This document shows, in pieces, positions 47,998 to 57,834 of a stretch of 64,000 bases of DNA. Below the pieces are notes generated by a model. That model saw only the letters and a program-made list of their open reading frames with translations. It was not told where the DNA came from and did not search any database. This DNA is from a virus. The stretch spans positions 1 through 64,000 of the IMG/VR virus record IMGVR_UViG_3300045988_129191. The stretch is one strand, 5' to 3'. Made by a program: the position numbers and the translations under genes. Positions within the stretch are counted from its first letter, which is position 1. Every line of letters begins with the position of its first letter.

Positions 47998-48299
47998 ATT
48001 TTAGAAAAAATCTTATTGGTTATATCAATTACCTCTTGTCCATAAGTAGCGAGCAAATCAGCTAATAACTCCTCTTGGTCATAGGTTAATTGAATATTGT
48101 AACTAAACATTGCGGCGTGTGTTATTTCATGGCATAAAACCTTTTTAATTTTTTCGAGAGAAAGTTTATTATTAATATAGATTTTCTTGGTATCATCAAC
48201 GCAAGCTCCAAGAGTATAAGAGCCATCTTTCTTTTTGAGCATTGGGTGATATGGGGATACAAAGACGACTCGCCAATTATCCCCATTAATTTTAAACAT
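47979..48299 (-). CDS. Small HExxH metallopeptidase-like protein (ImmA/IrrE- or DUF955-like)
   Basis: Motif VLCHEITHAAMF in a 106-aa protein. Confidence 0.45.
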   Translation of the reverse strand: MFKINGDNWRVVFVSPYHPMLKKKDGSYTLGACVDDTKKIYINNKLSLEKIKKVLCHEITHAAMFSYNIQLTYDQEELLADLLATYGQEVIDITNKIFSKIKNNRG

Positions 48300-48801
48300 T
48301 TATTTTAGTTGCTAATAAAGCAATTTTCTTTTGAAGTAACTGTTTTTCCTCTTGGCTTGCGCCCTCAATCATTTCAAGAATATCTGCATTAAGTTCTTGC
48401 ATATATTCTTCAAGTTCTTTTAACTTTTTAGCTTGATCGTGATGGAGTTCTTTAGATTCCATATACATACGTCTGCGCTCAGGACTTTTACCTTCACGAC
48501 TATCGTATATTTTAATTGGATACTCTCTTTCATCTTCATCTTCGTATCTGTCATAATAGTCCATAGGTACATTACGTTTTCTCTTACGAATACTTTCTTT
48601 ATAGTACATTCTTTGAGGCTCTTCTTCATCAGATTCTTTCATAGCCTTTGTAATTGTACAATAATAGATAGCTTGATCAATATCCTTAATCATATCAATA
48701 ACTTCGCCTAATTCTTCAGCATCACAATTCTGAAGATTAGACATTTGAGATTGGGCCGCATTAATTAAACAATTTTTCATTTCATAAAGTCTTTTCATCA
48801 T
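48292..48801 (-). CDS. Hypothetical charged protein (169 aa)
   Basis: ORF, coupled. Confidence 0.45.
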   Translation of the reverse strand: MMKRLYEMKNCLINAAQSQMSNLQNCDAEELGEVIDMIKDIDQAIYYCTITKAMKESDEEEPQRMYYKESIRKRKRNVPMDYYDRYEDEDEREYPIKIYDSREGKSPERRRMYMESKELHHDQAKKLKELEEYMQELNADILEMIEGASQEEKQLLQKKIALLATKINV

Positions 48802-48802
48802 G

Positions 48803-49225
48803 TTAAGCCACCCTTTCTACGATTAGATTAGCATTTTGGACATTAATCGTTTGAGTTGAAGTATTAGTTACTCCGGCTGTTGAGCAACATCCAGTAGGCA
48901 CATCAATGTATACACATGAAGCTACATTAAAATATTGTTCTACTGCGGCAGGGGTAACAATCATCTGAGCAGTGCGGACTGCCTCACCATCTATAGTAAT
49001 AGTTAATGAGATAGCTCCTGCGGTACCGCCAGTTGGGACCGCAATATTGCCTGTAAAAGTTACTTTGAATCTTGAGCGGCATTGATTATTAGACAAGCCT
49101 CTCATTTTAATATTTCCGCTTCCCTCGGTATGAATAACTGAACAATTACCAGGGATTCTTGTTGTAATAAATACAACATTATCATTTGCGTTTACAGTTT
49201 GTACTACATTGCTGGTTAGTTCCAT
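48803..49225 (-). CDS. Hypothetical late protein (140 aa), Thr/Gly/Val-rich with Cys pairs
   Basis: RBS AAAGGAGAC; preceded by GC hairpin. Confidence 0.45.
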   Translation of the reverse strand: MELTSNVVQTVNANDNVVFITTRIPGNCSVIHTEGSGNIKMRGLSNNQCRSRFKVTFTGNIAVPTGGTAGAISLTITIDGEAVRTAQMIVTPAAVEQYFNVASCVYIDVPTGCCSTAGVTNTSTQTINVQNANLIVERVA

Positions 49226-49255
49226 AAATAGTCTCCTTTCAGGAATTTAATAGAC

Positions 49256-49277
49256 CAGAGGGTTGGCAGACCCTCTG
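49256..49277 (-). promoter_or_regulatory. Intercistronic GC-rich hairpin CAGAGGGT-tggcag-ACCCTCTG
   Basis: 8-bp GC stem between two late genes; no T-run. Confidence 0.35.
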
Positions 49278-49296
49278 ATCCTTAAACTAATTTAGA

Positions 49297-50067
49297 TTAA
49301 AGTGTACTACATCCGCAGTTACGGTATCCAGAATATGGATTAGCAACTGTATATGCAGGGATAGGTGTTGGATTTAAAGCATTAATTAAATAGCTATTTT
49401 GAGCTGCTTGGCTGGCTTGTAATCTAAGATCAGAATTTTTGGCAGTTAATTCAGTAATCTTATCATGTAAAGCTTGTGTTTGCATCTCTTGAATAGCACT
49501 TAAAACGCTTCTGGTATTAGCGTTTTGATTTTCCATTAGGTCTCTGGTTGCATCAGAAACTGTTCTACGAGTTGAGCACTCTTGGTCTGCTAAATTATAA
49601 TTTAATTGAGCAAAGTTTTGAGCGTCCTCATATCTTGTTTGGCAGCAACACTGTTGCAACTGAGTTCCTAAGTTAGTAATACCTGCATTAATGGTATTAG
49701 TATTTTGCATGTCTGCGATTGTTTGCTGAGTAATATTATTATTAATACCAGCAAATCCATTCAACATACCTGTGTTCATGGCATAGAAACCATCACAGAG
49801 TCCACCATTTACATTATCAATTTTTCTTTCAATGTTAGCGAAATCTGAGGTTAAAATATAACCATCTGTAATTCCAGAACCTGTGGAACCTCCTCCGAAG
49901 AGTCCATTTCCATTTCCTCCCCATCCTGCGAAGCAGAAAAGGAATAAGATTATAATCCACCAGGCTCCCCCGTCTCCGCCAAATCCAAAACCATTATCAT
50001 TTCTATTGGTTCCAGTAGCTGCGGCAATGTCGGCTAAACTATAGCCACTTGTTGCGTTATTGAACAT
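49297..50067 (-). CDS. Gly-rich membrane protein (256 aa) with CCC motif
   Basis: RBS AAAGGAGG; TM segment WWIIILFLFCFAGW. Confidence 0.45.
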   Translation of the reverse strand: MFNNATSGYSLADIAAATGTNRNDNGFGFGGDGGAWWIIILFLFCFAGWGGNGNGLFGGGSTGSGITDGYILTSDFANIERKIDNVNGGLCDGFYAMNTGMLNGFAGINNNITQQTIADMQNTNTINAGITNLGTQLQQCCCQTRYEDAQNFAQLNYNLADQECSTRRTVSDATRDLMENQNANTRSVLSAIQEMQTQALHDKITELTAKNSDLRLQASQAAQNSYLINALNPTPIPAYTVANPYSGYRNCGCSTL

Positions 50068-50092
50068 ATGAATGTCCTCCTTTTAAAATATA

Positions 50093-50341
50093 TTATTTAA
50101 TCCCAAGCATTTGCTTAAAGGCATTAAATTCTTTATCAAAATCTTTACCATTCTGACTGCATATATTTCGAGCGATTTGTTCAATATCTGCACTTCTATT
50201 TTGCTTTGCTAAAGATAATAGATTAGCTCCCATTGGAGTATTTTGCATTTGTTGCTCTAAAATATTCATTACTAACTGTTGAGGATTCTGGCCTCCTTTA
50301 ATCATTTGAATTAATTGCATTGGGTTCATATTCATTGGCAT
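50093..50341 (-). CDS. Hypothetical Met/Gln/Asn-rich small protein
   Basis: ORF. Confidence 0.4.
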   Translation of the reverse strand: MPMNMNPMQLIQMIKGGQNPQQLVMNILEQQMQNTPMGANLLSLAKQNRSADIEQIARNICSQNGKDFDKEFNAFKQMLGIK

Positions 50342-50352
50342 AAGAATTCCTC

Positions 50353-50778
50353 CTAAAATTTAATATCTTCTTTTTTAACTGGTTGCGGCGAAGGAACGGA
50401 AGGAGTAGTCTTTTGCGGCGCTTGCGTTGATATCTGGCCCGCAAATATAGCTCTTATTTTTTCCATTTGTTCATTAAATTCGTCTCTTGTTATATAATCT
50501 GTCATTTGTGGTTGTGTGGTTGGCTGTTGCAATATTTTTAATTCGTATACGTTAATTGATGCGGTTCCATCTAAGTTGATTTGTTTAGTATAAATTTGTT
50601 TATTTGCTATATCTGGAAAAATAAAAATAGAGCCATCAAAGTCTATTGGAATAGCTTTAACCTCTTCAATGGAAGAAACTGGCCTGCCTTTTAGGTACAA
50701 AATACCTTGGTTTTGCATTGGTGGTTGCTGTCTAATAGGTTGTTGATTCTGCGGGAAGTAGTTGTAGTTAGGATACAT
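50353..50778 (-). CDS. Hypothetical Gln/Pro/Asn-rich protein (141 aa)
   Basis: RBS AAGAAGGAGG. Confidence 0.45.
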   Translation of the reverse strand: MYPNYNYFPQNQQPIRQQPPMQNQGILYLKGRPVSSIEEVKAIPIDFDGSIFIFPDIANKQIYTKQINLDGTASINVYELKILQQPTTQPQMTDYITRDEFNEQMEKIRAIFAGQISTQAPQKTTPSVPSPQPVKKEDIKF

Positions 50779-50904
50779 TTTTTAATCCTCCTTCTTAAAA
50801 TTATTTTTCTTTCTTTCCTTCAATAGTATGTAAAATTTTTACTAATAGTCTTAATATGAAAAGTCCAGTCTTTTTTAATATTCTTTTGTACTACAAAATT
50901 AGAC

Positions 50905-50945
50905 AAAAAAAATAAGGGATACAGAATATATATTCTGTATCCCTT
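50905..50945 (-). terminator. Intrinsic terminator AAGGGATACAGAATAT/ATATTCTGTATCCCTT with T-run on minus strand
   Basis: Perfect 16-bp palindrome followed, in minus orientation, by TTTTTTTT. Confidence 0.75.
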
Positions 50946-50949
50946 TAAT

Positions 50950-51372
50950 TTATTTAGATTCAGCAGTAGGAGTAGTTGTTGTTTTGTTTTTATTAACAGC
51001 TGCTTCAATTTGTTTTGTAATATATGTGTTTAAATCCCCATAGATTGCTGTCAGATATTCTTTCGCTTCATCATTCAAGATAGAAAGAACTGCAGTCAAG
51101 GTCATGTTAAATGCCTTTTTCTGAGCTTCGGCGTCGAATTTTCCTTGGGCTTTTAAGCTATCTACATATGTTTGATTTGTGGCAATTACACAATCAGTAA
51201 TTGTCTTTGATAACATTGTAATATATTTTGCTGCTAAAGCATTATCATTTTGCTTAATTAAAGCATCTTTTTTTGTTGCAATATATTGCACTAAATAAGC
51301 TGTTAAAATTCCTAACAATGGAATTACACATACCTCAAAAATTTGTGATAACATTTGTAATACATTTTCCAT
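50950..51372 (-). CDS. Holin-like protein (single N-terminal TM, charged C-terminus)
   Basis: TM segment VCVIPLLGILTAYLVQYI; position after tail-fibre genes. Confidence 0.4.
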   Translation of the reverse strand: MENVLQMLSQIFEVCVIPLLGILTAYLVQYIATKKDALIKQNDNALAAKYITMLSKTITDCVIATNQTYVDSLKAQGKFDAEAQKKAFNMTLTAVLSILNDEAKEYLTAIYGDLNTYITKQIEAAVNKNKTTTTPTAESK

Positions 51373-51374
51373 AA

Positions 51375-51557
51375 TTATTCCTCACTTTCTAACCATTTAT
51401 TATATTTGGTTAATATACATTTAGGACATAAATCACTTGAGAAAGAACCTATAGTTCTTTCATCAAGTTTAATATTTATATCAACTTCATTTGATTCTTC
51501 ATATCGAAGACCTGTAAACCAAATAAAGTTTAAATTAAATTTATCTTTATTTTTCAT
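51375..51557 (-). CDS. Hypothetical small protein (60 aa)
   Basis: ORF between tail fibre and holin-like gene. Confidence 0.35.
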   Translation of the reverse strand: MKNKDKFNLNFIWFTGLRYEESNEVDINIKLDERTIGSFSSDLCPKCILTKYNKWLESEE

Positions 51558-51561
51558 AATA

Positions 51562-54500
51562 TTATTTTACCTTTATCCAAATTCTATCATTAACTTTAAC
51601 TGGATCTCTATCAGCATTTTTTCCTCCGCCCCATTCTTCATAATCTGGAACACAAGAAACTGTACCAACAATACGATCTGGGAATTTTATAATTTCTTCT
51701 CTAGTCATAATATCAATAGTTCCATTTGGAGCAGCACATACACAATCACCAGGTTTATAATTATTACGATCTTGATAAGTATAAACTAAAACTCGTCCTG
51801 CAACTGCAATATTAGTTTTAGCTTTATCAGTTTCACCTTGACTAAATCCCCATGTATCAGAAATAACACCAGCAAAATGTTGAAGTCTTTTTTCTGTTTT
51901 TGTTAAAGTGTCATCACCTTTCTCAAAAACAACTCGTCCTGGCTCGCTACAGTCTGATTGACGACATTCAGCATAATCATTCCAAACTGCTCCAGTAACA
52001 GAATTTCCTTGACACCAAATTCTATTCCATGAGTACCAATCATCGCAACAATCTCGAAGTCCTCTCATCCACAAATTAGAATTTCCAGTCCATTGACCCG
52101 CAATTTCAATATGTCCACCAGTACCATTTCCAAAACCAACTACAGATAAATAAGTATTAGGCGCTCCATTAGCAGTTTGATCATACATATTATATGTATA
52201 AACTCCACCCCTCGCGGCCGTTCTTCCTGTTTCAGGAGCTTGATTACCAAGACTTCTAACATAACCGGTGCTATTAGAATAATTAACAGATTGTTTTCCG
52301 ATATTACCTGAATCAATAAAAGTTCTCCATGTTTTTTTATCTGTTCCCCATCCAGTTCTATAAGATAAAATTGAATCAGCTGAACCAGTATGTGCAGCAT
52401 AAATTTGAAGTCTTGCAGAATTATCTGTTGAAAAAGAAATTAATTGACCATATGAATATATATTTGATAAACCTTCTGGTAAAGCGCCATGGAAACTTCT
52501 ACTTCCTGTTAATCCCCATAAGCCATCATCCCCAGCTGTATTAGTTGCTGCAAGTCTATCATGAATAAAAAAAGATGCTGCATGATATCCATCAACTGTG
52601 TCTGCATTTTTGGTTTCAAGATTACTTCGTCTTACAGCTTTAATCTTTTTACCATCCGCACTCCATCCGGCAATCCAGTCTGTTGATGCAGCTGCTTGTT
52701 CACCAGACCATTCTAAATGCACTCCATCTGTGGTATCTGCGTTATTAGCATTTATAGCATTTGTGGCAGTTCCTGATAAAGAACCTACAAAAGTATTTGC
52801 ATAAACATTATTTACAAGTCCGCCTCTACCATTTCCAAGTTTATATCCAGTAATTAAACTACTGGTTGCACCTCCTGGAGTTGGACGACCCCAACTTTGA
52901 TAATTAATCCATACTTCATTATTATAACTATCTGGAATAAAATTAAATTCATTGCCCGCACAAATAAATATATGTCCATGAGGAGAATAAATACCTCCAG
53001 CAGTATATATAGGCTTATCATTGTAACAACGCATCCAAACAGAATCGGTCATATGCCAACCGCCACCATAGGTTTGAGAATACCATCCACTATTTCCAAT
53101 ACTTCTAAACCAATCATTGGAATATACTTGATGCCAAGGATATTCGGTTGTTCCTAAATCTCCATTTGTTGAAGCAACAGTTTTATTAAAAATAAAAGGA
53201 ATATCTGCACTATTATATAAATGGCACCAATTAGAATTTTGAGAACCGATTGTAACAGTATTTCCATTAGAAGTAAGACTTAATAATCTTGGAATTTCAG
53301 CCGTACTTTTTGTAGTAGAAATTAACCAAGTTGATACTCCACCAACATTTGTCCATACTCCCATTCTGCCATTCATTGCGTCTAAATAAATATGTCCAGT
53401 ACTATTATAAACATCTACAAATCTTTCATCTGTATTATTAGCTTTAATTCTTAAATGACCCGTCATGGTATCACCAGTTTTTAAAACATATCTACCATCT
53501 AATGTATATGTATAATTATTAACGTCTAATACCTGGATCCATTTAGAATCGACAACATTCCCATCTCTAACAATTTTATAATAAATACTTCTATCATTAA
53601 AAGGAATTGCAACATCTGTATAATAATTGTTTGATTGATTGGTATGTCTGTTTCTTAATATATACCACCAAGCACTTGACGGAGTATCATTAGTGTCTAC
53701 GGCAGCTCCAGCAGTACCACTTATATTAAACCAAGTTAATCCACCTTTATTACCGGAATTTGTACTATCGTTTTGCCCTAATATACCTATAAAACATGAT
53801 TTATTAGGAATAGTAAGATTTCCATCTATATAAGAAGCTCCATTAACTCGTAATCTATAAGCAGAATCTCTTGAATCATATTTATATCCAATATTAGTAT
53901 AATTAAACCATGAAAAACCACTTATATTAATGGCCCAATTACTTGCTCCAGAATGAGAACAAATGTCTTGTGTAAGAACCCAATTAGAATTATCTGCGTT
54001 TCCAAGATATAATGGTTGTGTAGAACGATTCATTACACGAGTTGCACCAGATAATTGTCCTGCAACATCAGCAGTTCCATTAAATGGTTGTCCCCAAATA
54101 TTTCTGGTATTTAACAATTTTGTTGCAGCATAACTACTATTAGGTTTATCAATTGATGCAGTTACATTTTCTACCGCAGTAACAAAATCAATATTCCAAT
54201 TATTACACCATTGCTTATATTCATAATTTTTAAAGCCTACGGAAACATCATGAATTTGAATTTGTGGATAGCTCCAACTGGTTGCGACATCTCCAATATA
54301 AATTACACTATTAGAACTTGTTTCTCCATAATAAACTGGTAAATTAGACTTTGATAAATCTCCATTATACCCTATAGAATAAGCAGTACATTGATGCCAT
54401 GTACCATCATAATAATTATATCCTTTAATAGTATATTCACAACTGGTATTTGAAGAATAATTATAAATAGATACTTTAAAACTTAACATTGTGTTAGAAC

Positions 54501-57500
54501 GATATTGTGGTAAAGTAATTCTTAAATATCCTGTTATAGTATCAGTCGTAGTTATATAGCTTCCTCCATCTGGGAAAGCAATAAAACTATTTTTTCCAAC
54601 TGCACTAAAAGCTGCATAACCTTTATTATTAATAGAGGCAACATTAGTATCATCAGTTTTAAAAATCCATCCTCTATTGGAAGTACCATCCATAGTAAAA
54701 TAAGTTGCCCAATCACTATAAACAGCTCCATGAGGTTTAAATTTACCAACTCCTGCAAAAGCAATTCCATAAGTTGGAAGTGAACCAGTTCCTCCATAAC
54801 CCTTACCAAATAAAGAAATACCTTTTCCAGTTGTATCAGAGGTATTTAAAATTCCAATATGTGCTGCATATAATGTATCAGAAAAATATCCAGTGCCAGA
54901 AACCATTAAACGATGATTTGTATTAGCATCTGTGCCTATACCAACTTGACCATTTTGATTAATTCCAATAGCAATTACGTCTGCATTGTTTTGATTGTCA
55001 GCATATAATCTTAATAAATTACCTACACCAGAGCCAGTGCCAATATATTTTAATCCGTATCCATAATATTGTCTTGAGGCAGTTCCAGAACTAATTTGCC
55101 ATAACCAGTTATCAGTATCATTTCCGTTCATCCAAATGACTGGATGTTGATTATTTACAGTAAAGTTTTTATAAATACCGCCTGAATTTACAAGTGGCTC
55201 AATAACCCCATTATCTCTAATTATTAATAAATTTTTCCAACTTGATGCAGAATCTTCACTTTGTTGAAAGGTAAAAACAGGAGTATTCGCAGTTGAATCA
55301 TCAGTTGTTGCCAATCTTTGTCTATATGTATCTGAATCCCAATAGATACTGGTTTCTGCCCCAGTCATATAGATATCTTTATCTACTCTTATATTACCTT
55401 TAAAAAGAGAATCCCCTTTAACATAAAAAGTATAACTACCTGCTGGAGAAGTATCTCCAATAGATACTTGAGTTGAACTGGCATAATGATGAGAGGCTTG
55501 TATTGCGTTAGCTCCATTAGTCCATACTAATCTATTTGCAGTTTGTCCATATAAATTAAGATTAGTTACATAAAGAGTTCTCCATGCTAATGCCTGTGTA
55601 CCTAAATCATATGCATTAGTTTGATTAGGATTTACATGACTGTTAAAAGTGAAGTATCCCCCGCCCTCTTTAACAAAACGCATATTTCCATTATCAGAAA
55701 TATCGGTTTGAATATATCCATATCTTTTAGAAGAAGTATCTCCTTTTGTAGTATACCAACCAATCCAATTATCTGTAGATAAATATTTATTACCGAACCA
55801 TCCCGCATTAGCTTTAATAGTTGCTGTACCAGTACCACTACCAAAAACAAAAACCGATGGAATTTCTTTAGAATCTTTTTTTCTATATCCAAAATAAATA
55901 ATACCAGAATTATTTGTTCCGCCAAAATTTACTTCATTATTAAATTCAGCATAAATTTTCATAGTACCATCATCTGAAGTAAAACCACCTGAAGCTTTTA
56001 CTCCACCAGTAGTATTTATAGAGTCAGAATCTGTATTTTCTACAGCAAATTTTTTTCCACCATAAATTCTAACATAACTACTGTCTTTCATATAGATACC
56101 GCCACCATGAGCGGAATTTTGCCATCCTGTAGAAGGCGCACTTGAGAAAAACCAGCCTGAAGAAGTAACATTGAAAAAATTTGGATTGGTCTTCGCATTA
56201 GCAGTTGTAGAAACTTTTACATCTGCCCAATAATAATTATTTATATAAGAAGTATAATTTGAAGAATCTAAAACTGTACTCCAAGTTTCATCCCAAATAG
56301 AAACACCTTTTTCACCAACTTTTGCACCTCTTATTGCCATATGAGGTTTAGCATCTGCGGTAATTGCTAATTGAGCACCCCATCCAGAACCGTCCCAACC
56401 AAAAGTCAAAACATGTGAATCTCCTACTGGAGGTTTTCCTGTTTTTGTAATTGAACTTGCTAATGAATAAGTCACTCTACTTTGATATTTATCTGAATTT
56501 ATTTGATAATTAATATTTTCTTGTCTATTACTTGGATTTAAAAATAAACTATTTGCTCTACTGGCTACTGTTGCACTATCTGCATTACCTTGAAATCTTG
56601 TAGATTGAATTAAATTAAAACCAGAGATACTGGCTGGTAAAATTAATTCTAATAAAGCCCCAGTTAATTTAGTAACTACACCTTTTTCACCTGTAGTTGC
56701 ATCAGCTGTTTTACTGATTTTAAAAGTAACATCATGATCCAATCCAGCTGTGTTTACAGAGTGAGCAACCTTAAAATTAGATGGATTGTAAATGTACATA
56801 TCTGTACCATTCTCTCCACCCCATAACCAAGTTGGTTGTCCACCTTTTGAGCTGTCCCAATAAAATGTCATAGGTAAAGAAGTATTTCCACCTCTACCTA
56901 ACTTAGCAGCTACTGTTGAAGTGTCTGCATTACCTTGAAATCGAGTAGCTTGTAATAAATCAAAACCAGATATTTTAGTTGGCAAATATAAATCAACTGC
57001 AGGACCAGATAAGTCAGTTGCAGTACCATTACCACCTTTAGTCGCATCGGCAGTAGAAGTAATTTTAAAAGTTACATTATGGTCTAATTTCGCACTATCA
57101 TTGGAATGACCACCAATTTTACTTAAATCATAAGTTTTATCATTAGCACCAGTAATTGTAAAATACCAAACTGGCGCATCTCCATTTCCTCCCGCAAATC
57201 TAACACCTGGCTGACTATATCTAACAGAAATAATACCTTTTGTATCAGCGCCACCAAAAGCAATACCAGCACTATAATCAGGCAGAAACCAAGCTGGAGC
57301 TTTAGATTGTCCTCTAATAGATTTTAACCAAAAGCCTCCGCCATTTTGATTTCCCAATCTTGTCCATTTTAAATTAGTATCATCACTTGATAATAATACA
57401 GTAAAATCTTGATGCGCTAATCCATGAGAGTGATTAGTTGAAGTATTTATTTCAATAGTTTCGCCGTCTTTAGAAATAACTCCTGTACCTGTAACAGAAC

Positions 57501-57708
57501 CAGTTATTTTAATTGGTAAACCAGAAAATTTTACTCTATGAACAGTTCCTTTTTTAGTAGCTTGCGCGCCATCAACAACAGTATCATAATATATAGAACC
57601 GTGATTATTTTCATCTATAACAAAATAAATCATACCATTTGTTAATGGCTGATTTGTTGTATTAAAGTCCTTTTTTAAACCTTGTTTAAATTTAACATAA
57701 TTTGCCAA
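51562..57708 (-). CDS. Giant tail-fibre / receptor-binding protein (2048 aa)
   Basis: TTG start with RBS AAAGGAGG at 9-nt spacing; Gly/Asn/Thr/Ser-rich beta-rich composition; internal tandem repeat; own promoter. Confidence 0.75.
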   Translation of the reverse strand: MANYVKFKQGLKKDFNTTNQPLTNGMIYFVIDENNHGSIYYDTVVDGAQATKKGTVHRVKFSGLPIKITGSVTGTGVISKDGETIEINTSTNHSHGLAHQDFTVLLSSDDTNLKWTRLGNQNGGGFWLKSIRGQSKAPAWFLPDYSAGIAFGGADTKGIISVRYSQPGVRFAGGNGDAPVWYFTITGANDKTYDLSKIGGHSNDSAKLDHNVTFKITSTADATKGGNGTATDLSGPAVDLYLPTKISGFDLLQATRFQGNADTSTVAAKLGRGGNTSLPMTFYWDSSKGGQPTWLWGGENGTDMYIYNPSNFKVAHSVNTAGLDHDVTFKISKTADATTGEKGVVTKLTGALLELILPASISGFNLIQSTRFQGNADSATVASRANSLFLNPSNRQENINYQINSDKYQSRVTYSLASSITKTGKPPVGDSHVLTFGWDGSGWGAQLAITADAKPHMAIRGAKVGEKGVSIWDETWSTVLDSSNYTSYINNYYWADVKVSTTANAKTNPNFFNVTSSGWFFSSAPSTGWQNSAHGGGIYMKDSSYVRIYGGKKFAVENTDSDSINTTGGVKASGGFTSDDGTMKIYAEFNNEVNFGGTNNSGIIYFGYRKKDSKEIPSVFVFGSGTGTATIKANAGWFGNKYLSTDNWIGWYTTKGDTSSKRYGYIQTDISDNGNMRFVKEGGGYFTFNSHVNPNQTNAYDLGTQALAWRTLYVTNLNLYGQTANRLVWTNGANAIQASHHYASSTQVSIGDTSPAGSYTFYVKGDSLFKGNIRVDKDIYMTGAETSIYWDSDTYRQRLATTDDSTANTPVFTFQQSEDSASSWKNLLIIRDNGVIEPLVNSGGIYKNFTVNNQHPVIWMNGNDTDNWLWQISSGTASRQYYGYGLKYIGTGSGVGNLLRLYADNQNNADVIAIGINQNGQVGIGTDANTNHRLMVSGTGYFSDTLYAAHIGILNTSDTTGKGISLFGKGYGGTGSLPTYGIAFAGVGKFKPHGAVYSDWATYFTMDGTSNRGWIFKTDDTNVASINNKGYAAFSAVGKNSFIAFPDGGSYITTTDTITGYLRITLPQYRSNTMLSFKVSIYNYSSNTSCEYTIKGYNYYDGTWHQCTAYSIGYNGDLSKSNLPVYYGETSSNSVIYIGDVATSWSYPQIQIHDVSVGFKNYEYKQWCNNWNIDFVTAVENVTASIDKPNSSYAATKLLNTRNIWGQPFNGTADVAGQLSGATRVMNRSTQPLYLGNADNSNWVLTQDICSHSGASNWAINISGFSWFNYTNIGYKYDSRDSAYRLRVNGASYIDGNLTIPNKSCFIGILGQNDSTNSGNKGGLTWFNISGTAGAAVDTNDTPSSAWWYILRNRHTNQSNNYYTDVAIPFNDRSIYYKIVRDGNVVDSKWIQVLDVNNYTYTLDGRYVLKTGDTMTGHLRIKANNTDERFVDVYNSTGHIYLDAMNGRMGVWTNVGGVSTWLISTTKSTAEIPRLLSLTSNGNTVTIGSQNSNWCHLYNSADIPFIFNKTVASTNGDLGTTEYPWHQVYSNDWFRSIGNSGWYSQTYGGGWHMTDSVWMRCYNDKPIYTAGGIYSPHGHIFICAGNEFNFIPDSYNNEVWINYQSWGRPTPGGATSSLITGYKLGNGRGGLVNNVYANTFVGSLSGTATNAINANNADTTDGVHLEWSGEQAAASTDWIAGWSADGKKIKAVRRSNLETKNADTVDGYHAASFFIHDRLAATNTAGDDGLWGLTGSRSFHGALPEGLSNIYSYGQLISFSTDNSARLQIYAAHTGSADSILSYRTGWGTDKKTWRTFIDSGNIGKQSVNYSNSTGYVRSLGNQAPETGRTAARGGVYTYNMYDQTANGAPNTYLSVVGFGNGTGGHIEIAGQWTGNSNLWMRGLRDCCDDWYSWNRIWCQGNSVTGAVWNDYAECRQSDCSEPGRVVFEKGDDTLTKTEKRLQHFAGVISDTWGFSQGETDKAKTNIAVAGRVLVYTYQDRNNYKPGDCVCAAPNGTIDIMTREEIIKFPDRIVGTVSCVPDYEEWGGGKNADRDPVKVNDRIWIKVK
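56554..57090 (-). repeat. In-frame tandem duplication (~64-aa units, ~115-aa period) inside tail-fibre gene: LDH(N/D)VTFKI(T/S)..TADAT...ISGF(D/N)L(L/I)Q(A/S)TRFQGNAD
   Basis: Two protein segments (aa ~207-270 and ~322-385) aligned by eye; corresponding DNA also similar. Confidence 0.6.
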
Positions 57709-57737
57709 AAGGAAAATCCTCCTTTCTCTCTGAGTTA

Positions 57738-57766
57738 ATTATATCATAAAAACGACGTTAAGTCAA
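57738..57766 (-). promoter_or_regulatory. Promoter (minus strand) TTGACT-N17-TGaTATAAT for tail-fibre gene
   Basis: Plus-strand AGTCAA at 57761-57766 and ATTATATCA at 57738-57746. Confidence 0.55.
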
Positions 57767-57834
57767 TTTCATTCTATGATATATAAAAACTTGACCAAAA
57801 ATATTATTATATTTTGGCCTATTAAACAAAAATA

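Noticed and set aside
52140-55925. Numerous 60-100-aa ORFs on both strands inside the tail-fibre gene (e.g. 52140-52400, 52329-52544, 52598-52804, 54552-54809, 55632-55925)
   Set aside because: All are contained in the continuous 2048-aa reading frame; they are hydrophobic or Leu-rich frame shadows without RBS.
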